NCBI RefSeq assembly: GCF_009914755.1
Contig: NC_060925.1
Origin: the human T2T-CHM13v2.0 reference genome, Homo sapiens
Strand: one strand, 5' to 3'
Length of the DNA stretch: 64,000 bases
This document shows positions 41,501-56,500 of this stretch, piece by piece (within the stretch, counting starts at the first letter, position 1; every line of letters begins with the position of its first letter). The notes beneath the pieces are model-generated. The model saw only the letters and a list, made by a program, of their open reading frames with translations, did not search any database and was not told where the DNA came from. The translations under genes were made by a program, and so were the position numbers.

Positions 41501-44500
41501 AATTCTTCTGTCTAGCATAATATGAAGAAATCCCGTTTCCAACGAAGGCCTCAAAGGGGTCTGAATATCCACTTGCAGACTTTATAAACAGAGTGTTTAC
41601 TAACTGCTCTATGAAAAGAAAGGTTAAACTCTGTGAGTTGAACACACACATCACAAAGGAGTTTCTGAGAATCATTCTGTCTAGTTTTTCTACGAAGATA
41701 TTTCCTTTTCTACTATTGACCTCAAAGCGGCTGAAATCTCCACTTGCAAATTCCACAAAAAGAGTGTTTCAAGTCTGCTCTGTGTAAAGGATCGTTCAAC
41801 TCTGTGAGTTGAATACACACAACACAAGGAAGTTTCTGAGAAATATTCTGTCTAGCAGAATATGAAGAAATCCCGTTTCCAACGAAGGCCTCAAGGAGGT
41901 CTGAATATCCACTTGCAGACTTTACAAACAGAGTGTTTCCTAACTGCTCTATGAAAAGAAAGGTTAAACTCTGTGAGTTGAACGCACACATCACAAAGGA
42001 GTTTATGAGAATCATTCTGTCTAGTTTCTATAGGAAGATATTTCCTATTCTACCATTGACCTCAAAGCGGCTGAAATCTCCACTTGCAAATTCCACAAAA
42101 AGAGTGTTTCAAGTCTGCTCTCTGTAAAGGATCGTTCAACTCTGTGAGTTGAATACACACAACACAAGGAAGTTTCTGAGAAATATTCTGTCTAGCAGAA
42201 TATGAAGAAATCCCGTTTCCAACGAAGGTCTCAAAGAGGTCTGAATATCCACTTGCAGACTTTACAAACAGAGTGTTTCCTAACTGCTCTATGAAAAGAA
42301 AGGTTAAACTCTGTGAGTTGAACGCACACATCACAAAGGAGTTTATGAGAATCATTCTGTCTAGTTTCTATAAGAAGATACTTCCTATTCTACCATTGAC
42401 CTCAAAGCGGCTGAAATCTCCACTTGCAAATTCGACAAAAAGAGTGTTTCAAGCCTGCTCTCTGTAAAGGATCCTTCAACTCTGTGAGTTGAATACACAC
42501 AACACAAGGAAGTTACTGAGAATTATTCTGTCTAGCATAATATGAAGAAATCCCGTTTCCAACGAAGGCCTCAAAGAGGTCTGAATATCCACTTGCAGAC
42601 TTTACAAACAGAGTGTTTCCTAACTGCTCTATGAGAAGAAAAGTTAAACTCTGTGAGTTGAACGCACACATCACAAAAGATTTTCTGAGAATCATTCTGT
42701 CTAGTCTTTATATGAAGATAGTTTCCTTTTCTACCATTGACCTCAAAGCGGCTGAAATCTCCACTTGCAAATTCCACAAAAAGAGTGTTTCAAGTCTGCT
42801 CTGTGTAAAGGATCGTTCAACTCTGTGAGTTGAATACACACAACACAAGGAAGTTACTGAGAATTCTTCTGTCTAGCAGAATAGGAAGAAATCCCGTTTC
42901 CAACGAAGGCCACAAGATGTCAGAATATCCACTTACAGACTTTACAAACAGAGTGTTTCCTAACTGCTCTATGAACAGAAAGGTTAAACTCTGTGAGTTG
43001 AACGAACACATCACAACGCAGTTTGTGGGAATGATTCTGTCTAGTTTTGAAACGAAGATATTTCCTTTTCTGCCGTTGACCTTAAAGCGCTTGAAATCTA
43101 CACTTGCAAATTGCACAAATAGAGTGTTTCAAATCTGCTCTGTCTAAGGGAACGTTCAACTCTGTGAGTTGAATGCACACAACACAAGGAAGTTACTGGG
43201 AATTCTTCTGTCTAGCCTTACATGAAAAAACCCGTTTCCAACGAAGGCCTCTAAGTGGTCAAAATATCCACGTGCAGACTTTACAAACAGAGTGTTTCCA
43301 AACCGCTGAATGAAAAGAAAAGTTGAACTCTGAGAGTTGAACGCACACATCACGCAGCAGTTTCTGAGAATGATTCTGTCTAGTTTTTATACGAAGATAT
43401 TTCCTTTTCTGCCTTTGGCCCCAAAGCGCTTGAAATCTCCACTTGCAAATTCCACAAAAACAGTGTTTCAAATCTGCTCTCTCTAAATGAAAGTTCAACT
43501 CTGTCAGTTGAATACACACAACACAAGGAAGTTACTGAGAATTCTTCTGTCTAGCATAATATGAAGAAATCCCGTTTCCAACGAAGGCCTCAAAGGGGTC
43601 TGAATATCCACTTGCAGACTTTATAAACAGAGTGTTTACTAACTGCTCTATGAAAAGAAAGGTTAAACTCTGTGAGTTGAACACACACATCACAAAGGAG
43701 TTTCTGAGAATCATTCTGTCTAGTTTTTCTACGAAGATATTTCCTTTTCTACTATTGACCTCAAAGCGGCTGAAATCTCCACTTGCAAATTCCACAAAAA
43801 GAGTGTTTCAAGTCTGCTCTGTGTAAAGGATCGTTCAACTCTGTGAGTTGAATACACACAACACAAGGAAGTTTCTGAGAAATATTCTGTCTAGCAGAAT
43901 ATGAAGAAATCCCGTTTCCAACGAAGGCCTCAAGGAGGTCTGAATATCCACTTGCAGACTTTACAAACAGAGTGTTTCCTAACTGCTCTATGAAAAGAAA
44001 GGTTAAACTCTGTGAGTTGAACGCACACATCACAAAGGAGTTTATGAGAATCATTCTGTCTAGTTTCTATAGGAAGATATTTCCTATTCTACCATTGACC
44101 TCAAAGCGGCTGAAATCTCCACTTGCAAATTCCACAAAAAGAGTGTTTCAAGTCTGCTCTCTGTAAAGGATCGTTCAACTCTGTGAGTTGAATACACACA
44201 ACACAAGGAAGTTTCTGAGAAATATTCTGTCTAGCAGAATATGAAGAAATCCCGTTTCCAACGAAGGTCTCAAAGAGGTCTGAATATCCACTTGCAGACT
44301 TTACAAACAGAGTGTTTCCTAACTGCTCTATGAAAAGAAAGGTTAAACTCTGTGAGTTGAACGCACACATCACAAAGGAGTTTATGAGAATCATTCTGTC
44401 TAGTTTCTATAAGAAGATACTTCCTATTCTACCATTGACCTCAAAGCGGCTGAAATCTCCACTTGCAAATTCGACAAAAAGAGTGTTTCAAGCCTGCTCT

Positions 44501-47500
44501 CTGTAAAGGATCCTTCAACTCTGTGAGTTGAATACACACAACACAAGGAAGTTACTGAGAATTATTCTGTCTAGCATAATATGAAGAAATCCCGTTTCCA
44601 ACGAAGGCCTCAAAGAGGTCTGAATATCCACTTGCAGACTTTACAAACAGAGTGTTTCCTAACTGCTCTATGAGAAGAAAAGTTAAACTCTGTGAGTTGA
44701 ACGCACACATCACAAAAGATTTTCTGAGAATCATTCTGTCTAGTCTTTATATGAAGATAGTTTCCTTTTCTACCATTGACCTCAAAGCGGCTGAAATCTC
44801 CACTTGCAAATTCCACAAAAAGAGTGTTTCAAGTCTGCTCTGTGTAAAGGATCGTTCAACTCTGTGAGTTGAATACACACAACACAAGGAAGTTACTGAG
44901 AATTCTTCTGTCTAGCAGAATAGGAAGAAATCCCGTTTCCAACGAAGGCCACAAGATGTCAGAATATCCACTTACAGACTTTACAAACAGAGTGTTTCCT
45001 AACTGCTCTATGAACAGAAAGGTTAAACTCTGTGAGTTGAACGAACACATCACAACGCAGTTTGTGGGAATGATTCTGTCTAGTTTTGAAACGAAGATAT
45101 TTCCTTTTCTGCCGTTGACCTTAAAGCGCTTGAAATCTACACTTGCAAATTGCACAAATAGAGTGTTTCAAATCTGCTCTGTCTAAGGGAACGTTCAACT
45201 CTGTGAGTTGAATGCACACAACACAAGGAAGTTACTGGGAATTCTTCTGTCTAGCCTTACATGAAAAAACCCGTTTCCAACGAAGGCCTCTAAGTGGTCA
45301 AAATATCCACGTGCAGACTTTACAAACAGAGTGTTTCCAAACCGCTGAATGAAAAGAAAAGTTGAACTCTGAGAGTTGAACGCACACATCACGCAGCAGT
45401 TTCTGAGAATGATTCTGTCTAGTTTTTATACGAAGATATTTCCTTTTCTGCCTTTGGCCCCAAAGCGCTTGAAATCTCCACTTGCAAATTCCACAAAAAC
45501 AGTGTTTCAAATCTGCTCTCTCTAAATGAAAGTTCAACTCTGTCAGTTGAATACACACAACACAAGGAAGTTACTGAGAATTCTTCTGTCTAGCATAATA
45601 TGAAGAAATCCCGTTTCCAACGAAGGCCTCAAAGGGGTCTGAATATCCACTTGCAGACTTTATAAACAGAGTGTTTACTAACTGCTCTATGAAAAGAAAG
45701 GTTAAACTCTGTGAGTTGAACACACACATCACAAAGGAGTTTCTGAGAATCATTCTGTCTAGTTTTTCTACGAAGATATTTCCTTTTCTACTATTGACCT
45801 CAAAGCGGCTGAAATCTCCACTTGCAAATTCCACAAAAAGAGTGTTTCAAGTCTGCTCTGTGTAAAGGATCGTTCAACTCTGTGAGTTGAATACACACAA
45901 CACAAGGAAGTTTCTGAGAAATATTCTGTCTAGCAGAATATGAAGAAATCCCGTTTCCAACGAAGGCCTCAAGGAGGTCTGAATATCCACTTGCAGACTT
46001 TACAAACAGAGTGTTTCCTAACTGCTCTATGAAAAGAAAGGTTAAACTCTGTGAGTTGAACGCACACATCACAAAGGAGTTTATGAGAATCATTCTGTCT
46101 AGTTTCTATAGGAAGATATTTCCTATTCTACCATTGACCTCAAAGCGGCTGAAATCTCCACTTGCAAATTCCACAAAAAGAGTGTTTCAAGTCTGCTCTC
46201 TGTAAAGGATCGTTCAACTCTGTGAGTTGAATACACACAACACAAGGAAGTTTCTGAGAAATATTCTGTCTAGCAGAATATGAAGAAATCCCGTTTCCAA
46301 CGAAGGTCTCAAAGAGGTCTGAATATCCACTTGCAGACTTTACAAACAGAGTGTTTCCTAACTGCTCTATGAAAAGAAAGGTTAAACTCTGTGAGTTGAA
46401 CGCACACATCACAAAGGAGTTTATGAGAATCATTCTGTCTAGTTTCTATAAGAAGATACTTCCTATTCTACCATTGACCTCAAAGCGGCTGAAATCTCCA
46501 CTTGCAAATTCGACAAAAAGAGTGTTTCAAGCCTGCTCTCTGTAAAGGATCCTTCAACTCTGTGAGTTGAATACACACAACACAAGGAAGTTACTGAGAA
46601 TTATTCTGTCTAGCATAATATGAAGAAATCCCGTTTCCAACGAAGGCCTCAAAGAGGTCTGAATATCCACTTGCAGACTTTACAAACAGAGTGTTTCCTA
46701 ACTGCTCTATGAGAAGAAAAGTTAAACTCTGTGAGTTGAACGCACACATCACAAAAGATTTTCTGAGAATCATTCTGTCTAGTCTTTATATGAAGATAGT
46801 TTCCTTTTCTACCATTGACCTCAAAGCGGCTGAAATCTCCACTTGCAAATTCCACAAAAAGAGTGTTTCAAGTCTGCTCTGTGTAAAGGATCGTTCAACT
46901 CTGTGAGTTGAATACACACAACACAAGGAAGTTACTGAGAATTCTTCTGTCTAGCAGAATAGGAAGAAATCCCGTTTCCAACGAAGGCCACAAGATGTCA
47001 GAATATCCACTTACAGACTTTACAAACAGAGTGTTTCCTAACTGCTCTATGAACAGAAAGGTTAAACTCTGTGAGTTGAACGAACACATCACAACGCAGT
47101 TTGTGGGAATGATTCTGTCTAGTTTTGAAACGAAGATATTTCCTTTTCTGCCGTTGACCTTAAAGCGCTTGAAATCTACACTTGCAAATTGCACAAATAG
47201 AGTGTTTCAAATCTGCTCTGTCTAAGGGAACGTTCAACTCTGTGAGTTGAATGCACACAACACAAGGAAGTTACTGGGAATTCTTCTGTCTAGCCTTACA
47301 TGAAAAAACCCGTTTCCAACGAAGGCCTCTAAGTGGTCAAAATATCCACGTGCAGACTTTACAAACAGAGTGTTTCCAAACCGCTGAATGAAAAGAAAAG
47401 TTGAACTCTGAGAGTTGAACGCACACATCACGCAGCAGTTTCTGAGAATGATTCTGTCTAGTTTTTATACGAAGATATTTCCTTTTCTGCCTTTGGCCCC

Positions 47501-50500
47501 AAAGCGCTTGAAATCTCCACTTGCAAATTCCACAAAAACAGTGTTTCAAATCTGCTCTCTCTAAATGAAAGTTCAACTCTGTCAGTTGAATACACACAAC
47601 ACAAGGAAGTTACTGAGAATTCTTCTGTCTAGCATAATATGAAGAAATCCCGTTTCCAACGAAGGCCTCAAAGGGGTCTGAATATCCACTTGCAGACTTT
47701 ATAAACAGAGTGTTTACTAACTGCTCTATGAAAAGAAAGGTTAAACTCTGTGAGTTGAACACACACATCACAAAGGAGTTTCTGAGAATCATTCTGTCTA
47801 GTTTTTCTACGAAGATATTTCCTTTTCTACTATTGACCTCAAAGCGGCTGAAATCTCCACTTGCAAATTCCACAAAAAGAGTGTTTCAAGTCTGCTCTGT
47901 GTAAAGGATCGTTCAACTCTGTGAGTTGAATACACACAACACAAGGAAGTTTCTGAGAAATATTCTGTCTAGCAGAATATGAAGAAATCCCGTTTCCAAC
48001 GAAGGCCTCAAGGAGGTCTGAATATCCACTTGCAGACTTTACAAACAGAGTGTTTCCTAACTGCTCTATGAAAAGAAAGGTTAAACTCTGTGAGTTGAAC
48101 GCACACATCACAAAGGAGTTTATGAGAATCATTCTGTCTAGTTTCTATAGGAAGATATTTCCTATTCTACCATTGACCTCAAAGCGGCTGAAATCTCCAC
48201 TTGCAAATTCCACAAAAAGAGTGTTTCAAGTCTGCTCTCTGTAAAGGACCGTTCAACTCTGTGAGTTGAATACACACAACACAAGGAAGTTTCTGAGAAA
48301 TATTCTGTCTAGCAGAATATGAAGAAATCCCGTTTCCAACGAAGGTCTCAAAGAGGTCTGAATATCCACTTGCAGACTTTACAAACAGAGTGTTTCCTAA
48401 CTGCTCTATGAAAAGAAAGGTTAAACTCTGTGAGTTGAACGCACACATCACAAAGGAGTTTATGAGAATCATTCTGTCTAGTTTGTATAAGAAGATACTT
48501 CCTATTCTACCATTGACCTCAAAGCGGCTGAAATCTCCACTTGCAAATTCGACAAAAAGAGTGTTTCAAGCCTGCTCTCTGTAAAGGATCCTTCAACTCT
48601 GTGAGTTGAATACACACAACACAAGGAAGTTACTGAGAATTATTCTGTCTAGCATAATATGAAGAAATCCCGTTTCCAACGAAGGCCTCAAAGAGGTCTG
48701 AATATCCACTTGCAGACTTTACAAACAGAGTGTTTCCTAACTGCTCTATGAGAAGAAAAGTTAAACTCTGTGAGTTGAACGCACACATCACAAAAGATTT
48801 TCTGAGAATCATTCTGTCTAGTCTTTATATGAAGATAGTTTCCTTTTCTACCATTGACCTCAAAGCGGCTGAAATCTCCACTTGCAAATTCCACAAAAAG
48901 AGTGTTTCAAGTCTGCTCTGTGTAAAGGATCGTTCAACTCTGTGAGTTGAATACACACAACACAAGGAAGTTACTGAGAATTCTTCTGTCTAGCAGAATA
49001 GGAAGAAATCCCGTTTCCAACGAAGGCCACAAGATGTCAGAATATCCACTTACAGACTTTACAAACAGAGTGTTTCCTAACTGCTCTATGAACAGAAAGG
49101 TTAAACTCTGTGAGTTGAACGAACACATCACAACGCAGTTTGTGGGAATGATTCTGTCTAGTTTTGAAACGAAGATATTTCCTTTTCTGCCGTTGACCTT
49201 AAAGCGCTTGAAATCTACACTTGCAAATTGCACAAATAGAGTGTTTCAAATCTGCTCTGTCTAAGGGAACGTTCAACTCTGTGAGTTGAATGCACACAAC
49301 ACAAGGAAGTTACTGGGAATTCTTCTGTCTAGCCTTACATGAAAAAACCCGTTTCCAACGAAGGCCTCTAAGTGGTCAAAATATCCACGTGCAGACTTTA
49401 CAAACAGAGTGTTTCCAAACCGCTGAATGAAAAGAAAAGTTGAACTCTGAGAGTTGAACGCACACATCACGCAGCAGTTTCTGAGAATGATTCTGTCTAG
49501 TTTTTATACGAAGATATTTCCTTTTCTGCCTTTGGCCCCAAAGCGCTTGAAATCTCCACTTGCAAATTCCACAAAAACAGTGTTTCAAATCTGCTCTCTC
49601 TAAATGAAAGTTCAACTCTGTCAGTTGAATACACACAACACAAGGAAGTTACTGAGAATTCTTCTGTCTAGCATAATATGAAGAAATCCCGTTTCCAACG
49701 AAGGCCTCAAAGGGGTCTGAATATCCACTTGCAGACTTTATAAACAGAGTGTTTACTAACTGCTCTATGAAAAGAAAGGTTAAACTCTGTGAGTTGAACA
49801 CACACATCACAAAGGAGTTTCTGAGAATCATTCTGTCTAGTTTTTCTACGAAGATATTTCCTTTTCTACTATTGACCTCAAAGCGGCTGAAATCTCCACT
49901 TGCAAATTCCACAAAAAGAGTGTTTCAAGTCTGCTCTGTGTAAAGGATCGTTCAACTCTGTGAGTTGAATACACACAACACAAGGAAGTTTCTGAGAAAT
50001 ATTCTGTCTAGCAGAATATGAAGAAATCCCGTTTCCAACGAAGGCCTCAAGGAGGTCTGAATATCCACTTGCAGACTTTACAAACAGAGTGTTTCCTAAC
50101 TGCTCTATGAAAAGAAAGGTTAAACTCTGTGAGTTGAACGCACACATCACAAAGGAGTTTATGAGAATCATTCTGTCTAGTTTCTATAGGAAGATATTTC
50201 CTATTCTACCATTGACCTCAAAGCGGCTGAAATCTCCACTTGCAAATTCCACAAAAAGAGTGTTTCAAGTCTGCTCTCTGTAAAGGATCGTTCAACTCTG
50301 TGAGTTGAATACACACAACACAAGGAAGTTTCTGAGAAATATTCTGTCTAGCAGAATATGAAGAAATCCCGTTTCCAACGAAGGTCTCAAAGAGGTCTGA
50401 ATATCCACTTGCAGACTTTACAAACAGAGTGTTTCCTAACTGCTCTATGAAAAGAAAGGTTAAACTCTGTGAGTTGAACGCACACATCACAAAGGAGTTT

Positions 50501-53500
50501 ATGAGAATCATTCTGTCTAGTTTCTATAAGAAGATACTTCCTATTCTACCATTGACCTCAAAGCGGCTGAAATCTCCACTTGCAAATTCGACAAAAAGAG
50601 TGTTTCAAGCCTGCTCTCTGTAAAGGATCCTTCAACTCTGTGAGTTGAATACACACAACACAAGGAAGTTACTGAGAATTATTCTGTCTAGCATAATATG
50701 AAGAAATCCCGTTTCCAACGAAGGCCTCAAAGAGGTCTGAATATCCACTTGCAGACTTTACAAACAGAGTGTTTCCTAACTGCTCTATGAGAAGAAAAGT
50801 TAAACTCTGTGAGTTGAACGCACACATCACAAAAGATTTTCTGAGAATCATTCTGTCTAGTCTTTATATGAAGATAGTTTCCTTTTCTACCATTGACCTC
50901 AAAGCGGCTGAAATCTCCACTTGCAAATTCCACAAAAAGAGTGTTTCAAGTCTGCTCTGTGTAAAGGATCGTTCAACTCTGTGAGTTGAATACACACAAC
51001 ACAAGGAAGTTACTGAGAATTCTTCTGTCTAGCAGAATAGGAAGAAATCCCGTTTCCAACGAAGGCCACAAGATGTCAGAATATCCACTTACAGACTTTA
51101 CAAACAGAGTGTTTCCTAACTGCTCTATGAACAGAAAGGTTAAACTCTGTGAGTTGAACGAACACATCACAACGCAGTTTGTGGGAATGATTCTGTCTAG
51201 TTTTGAAACGAAGATATTTCCTTTTCTGCCGTTGACCTTAAAGCGCTTGAAATCTACACTTGCAAATTGCACAAATAGAGTGTTTCAAATCTGCTCTGTC
51301 TAAGGGAACGTTCAACTCTGTGAGTTGAATGCACACAACACAAGGAAGTTACTGGGAATTCTTCTGTCTAGCCTTACATGAAAAAACCCGTTTCCAACGA
51401 AGGCCTCTAAGTGGTCAAAATATCCACGTGCAGACTTTACAAACAGAGTGTTTCCAAACCGCTGAATGAAAAGAAAAGTTGAACTCTGAGAGTTGAACGC
51501 ACACATCACGCAGCAGTTTCTGAGAATGATTCTGTCTAGTTTTTATACGAAGATATTTCCTTTTCTGCCTTTGGCCCCAAAGCGCTTGAAATCTCCACTT
51601 GCAAATTCCACAAAAACAGTGTTTCAAATCTGCTCTCTCTAAATGAAAGTTCAACTCTGTCAGTTGAATACACACAACACAAGGAAGTTACTGAGAATTC
51701 TTCTGTCTAGCATAATATGAAGAAATCCCGTTTCCAACGAAGGCCTCAAAGGGGTCTGAATATCCACTTGCAGACTTTATAAACAGAGTGTTTACTAACT
51801 GCTCTATGAAAAGAAAGGTTAAACTCTGTGAGTTGAACACACACATCACAAAGGAGTTTCTGAGAATCATTCTGTCTAGTTTTTCTACGAAGATATTTCC
51901 TTTTCTACTATTGACCACAAAGCGGCTGAAATCTCCACTTGCAAATTCCACAAAAAGAGTGTTTCAAGTCTGCTCTGTGTAAAGGATCGTTCAACTCTGT
52001 GAGTTGAATACACACAACACAAGGAAGTTTCTGAGAAATATTCTGTCTAGCAGAATATGAAGAAATCCCGTTTCCAACGAAGGCCTCAAGGAGGTCTGAA
52101 TATCCACTTGCAGACTTTACAAACAGAGTGTTTCCTAACTGCTCTATGAAAAGAAAGGTTAAACTCTGTGAGTTGAACGCACACATCACAAAGGAGTTTA
52201 TGAGAATCATTCTGTCTAGTTTCTATAGGAAGATATTTCCTATTCTACCATTGACCTCAAAGCGGCTGAAATCTCCACTTGCAAATTCCACAAAAAGAGT
52301 GTTTCAAGTCTGCTCTCTGTAAAGGATCGTTCAACTCTGTGAGTTGAATACACACAACACAAGGAAGTTTCTGAGAAATATTCTGTCTAGCAGAATATGA
52401 AGAAATCCCGTTTCCAACGAAGGTCTCAAAGAGGTCTGAATATCCACTTGCAGACTTTACAAACAGAGTGTTTCCTAACTGCTCTATGAAAAGAAAGGTT
52501 AAACTCTGTGAGTTGAACGCACACATCACAAAGGAGTTTATGAGAATCATTCTGTCTAGTTTGTATAAGAAGATACTTCCTATTCTACCATTGACCTCAA
52601 AGCGGCTGAAATCTCCACTTGCAAATTCGACAAAAAGAGTGTTTCAAGCCTGCTCTCTGTAAAGGATCCTTCAACTCTGTGAGTTGAATACACACAACAC
52701 AAGGAAGTTACTGAGAATTATTCTGTCTAGCATAATATGAAGAAATCCCGTTTCCAACGAAGGCCTCAAAGAGGTCTGAATATCCACTTGCAGACTTTAC
52801 AAACAGAGTGTTTCCTAACTGCTCTATGAGAAGAAAAGTTAAACTCTGTGAGTTGAACGCACACATCACAAAAGATTTTCTGAGAATCATTCTGTCTAGT
52901 CTTTATATGAAGATAGTTTCCTTTTCTACCATTGACCTCAAAGCGGCTGAAATCTCCACTTGCAAATTCCACAAAAAGAGTGTTTCAAGTCTGCTCTGTG
53001 TAAAGGATCGTTCAACTCTGTGAGTTGAATACACACAACACAAGGAAGTTACTGAGAATTCTTCTGTCTAGCAGAATAGGAAGAAATCCCGTTTCCAACG
53101 AAGGCCACAAGATGTCAGAATATCCACTTACAGACTTTACAAACAGAGTGTTTCCTAACTGCTCTATGAACAGAAAGGTTAAACTCTGTGAGTTGAACGA
53201 ACACATCACAACGCAGTTTGTGGGAATGATTCTGTCTAGTTTTGAAACGAAGATATTTCCTTTTCTGCCGTTGACCTTAAAGCGCTTGAAATCTACACTT
53301 GCAAATTGCACAAATAGAGTGTTTCAAATCTGCTCTGTCTAAGGGAACGTTCAACTCTGTGAGTTGAATGCACACAACACAAGGAAGTTACTGGGAATTC
53401 TTCTGTCTAGCCTTACATGAAAAAACCCGTTTCCAACGAAGGCCTCTAAGTGGTCAAAATATCCACGTGCAGACTTTACAAACAGAGTGTTTCCAAACCG

Positions 53501-56500
53501 CTGAATGAAAAGAAAAGTTGAACTCTGAGAGTTGAACGCACACATCACGCAGCAGTTTCTGAGAATGATTCTGTCTAGTTTTTATACGAAGATATTTCCT
53601 TTTCTGCCTTTGGCCCCAAAGCGCTTGAAATCTCCACTTGCAAATTCCACAAAAACAGTGTTTCAAATCTGCTCTCTCTAAATGAAAGTTCAACTCTGTC
53701 AGTTGAATACACACAACACAAGGAAGTTACTGAGAATTCTTCTGTCTAGCATAATATGAAGAAATCCCGTTTCCAACGAAGGCCTCAAAGGGGTCTGAAT
53801 ATCCACTTGCAGACTTTATAAACAGAGTGTTTACTAACTGCTCTATGAAAAGAAAGGTTAAACTCTGTGAGTTGAACACACACATCACAAAGGAGTTTCT
53901 GAGAATCATTCTGTCTAGTTTTTCTACGAAGATATTTCCTTTTCTACTATTGACCTCAAAGCGGCTGAAATCTCCACTTGCAAATTCCACAAAAAGAGTG
54001 TTTCAAGTCTGCTCTGTGTAAAGGATCGTTCAACTCTGTGAGTTGAATACACACAACACAAGGAAGTTTCTGAGAAATATTCTGTCTAGCAGAATATGAA
54101 GAAATCCCGTTTCCAACGAAGGCCTCAAGGAGGTCTGAATATCCACTTGCAGACTTGACAAACAGAGTGTTTCCTAACTGCTCTATGAAAAGAAAGGTTA
54201 AACTCTGTGAGTTGAACGCACACATCACAAAGGAGTTTATGAGAATCATTCTGTCTAGTTTCTATAGGAAGATATTTCCTATTCTACCATTGACCTCAAA
54301 GCGGCTGAAATCTCCACTTGCAAATTCCACAAAAAGAGTGTTTCAAGTCTGCTCTCTGTAAAGGATCGTTCAACTCTGTGAGTTGAATACACACAACACA
54401 AGGAAGTTTCTGAGAAATATTCTGTCTAGCAGAATATGAAGAAATCCCGTTTCCAACGAAGGTCTCAAAGAGGTCTGAATATCCACTTGCAGACTTTACA
54501 AACAGAGTGTTTCCTAACTGCTCTATGAAAAGAAAGGTTAAACTCTGTGAGTTGAACGCACACATCACAAAGGAGTTTATGAGAATCATTCTGTCTAGTT
54601 TCTATAAGAAGATACTTCCTATTCTACCATTGACCTCAAAGCGGCTGAAATCTCCACTTGCAAATTCGACAAAAAGAGTGTTTCAAGCCTGCTCTCTGTA
54701 AAGGATCCTTCAACTCTGTGAGTTGAATACACACAACACAAGGAAGTTACTGAGAATTATTCTGTCTAGCATAATATGAAGAAATCCCGTTTCCAACGAA
54801 GGCCTCAAAGAGGTCTGAATATCCACTTGCAGACTTTACAAACAGAGTGTTTCCTAACTGCTCTATGAGAAGAAAAGTTAAACTCTGTGAGTTGAACGCA
54901 CACATCACAAAAGATTTTCTGAGAATCATTCTGTCTAGTCTTTATATGAAGATAGTTTCCTTTTCTACCATTGACCTCAAAGCGGCTGAAATCTCCACTT
55001 GCAAATTCCACAAAAAGAGTGTTTCAAGTCTGCTCTGTGTAAAGGATCGTTCAACTCTGTGAGTTGAATACACACAACACAAGGAAGTTACTGAGAATTC
55101 TTCTGTCTAGCAGAATAGGAAGAAATCCCGTTTCCAACGAAGGCCACAAGATGTCAGAATATCCACTTACAGACTTTACAAACAGAGTGTTTCCTAACTG
55201 CTCTATGAACAGAAAGGTTAAACTCTGTGAGTTGAACGAACACATCACAACGCAGTTTGTGGGAATGATTCTGTCTAGTTTTGAAACGAAGATATTTCCT
55301 TTTCTGCCGTTGACCTTAAAGCGCTTGAAATCTACACTTGCAAATTGCACAAATAGAGTGTTTCAAATCTGCTCTGTCTAAGGGAACGTTCAACTCTGTG
55401 AGTTGAATGCACACAACACAAGGAAGTTACTGGGAATTCTTCTGTCTAGCCTTACATGAAAAAACCCGTTTCCAACGAAGGCCTCTAAGTGGTCAAAATA
55501 TCCACGTGCAGACTTTACAAACAGAGTGTTTCCAAACCGCTGAATGAAAAGAAAAGTTGAACTCTGAGAGTTGAACGCACACATCACGCAGCAGTTTCTG
55601 AGAATGATTCTGTCTAGTTTTTATACGAAGATATTTCCTTTTCTGCCTTTGGCCCCAAAGCGCTTGAAATCTCCACTTGCAAATTCCACAAAAACAGTGT
55701 TTCAAATCTGCTCTCTCTAAATGAAAGTTCAACTCTGTCAGTTGAATACACACAACACAAGGAAGTTACTGAGAATTCTTCTGTCTAGCATAATATGAAG
55801 AAATCCCGTTTCCAACGAAGGCCTCAAAGGGGTCTGAATATCCACTTGCAGACTTTATAAACAGAGTGTTTACTAACTGCTCTATGAAAAGAAAGGTTAA
55901 ACTCTGTGAGTTGAACACACACATCACAAAGGAGTTTCTGAGAATCATTCTGTCTAGTTTTTCTACGAAGATATTTCCTTTTCTACTATTGACCTCAAAG
56001 CGGCTGAAATCTCCACTTGCAAATTCCACAAAAAGAGTGTTTCAAGTCTGCTCTGTGTAAAGGATCGTTCAACTCTGTGAGTTGAATACACACAACACAA
56101 GGAAGTTTCTGAGAAATATTCTGTCTAGCAGAATATGAAGAAATCCCGTTTCCAACGAAGGCCTCAAGGAGGTCTGAATATCCACTTGCAGACTTTACAA
56201 ACAGAGTGTTTCCTAACTGCTCTATGAAAAGAAAGGTTAAACTCTGTGAGTTGAACGCACACATCACAAAGGAGTTTATGAGAATCATTCTGTCTAGTTT
56301 CTATAGGAAGATATTTCCTATTCTACCATTGACCTCAAAGCGGCTGAAATCTCCACTTGCAAATTCCACAAAAAGAGTGTTTCAAGTCTGCTCTCTGTAA
56401 AGGATCGTTCAACTCTGTGAGTTGAATACACACAACACAAGGAAGTTTCTGAGAAATATTCTGTCTAGCAGAATATGAAGAAATCCCGTTTCCAACGAAG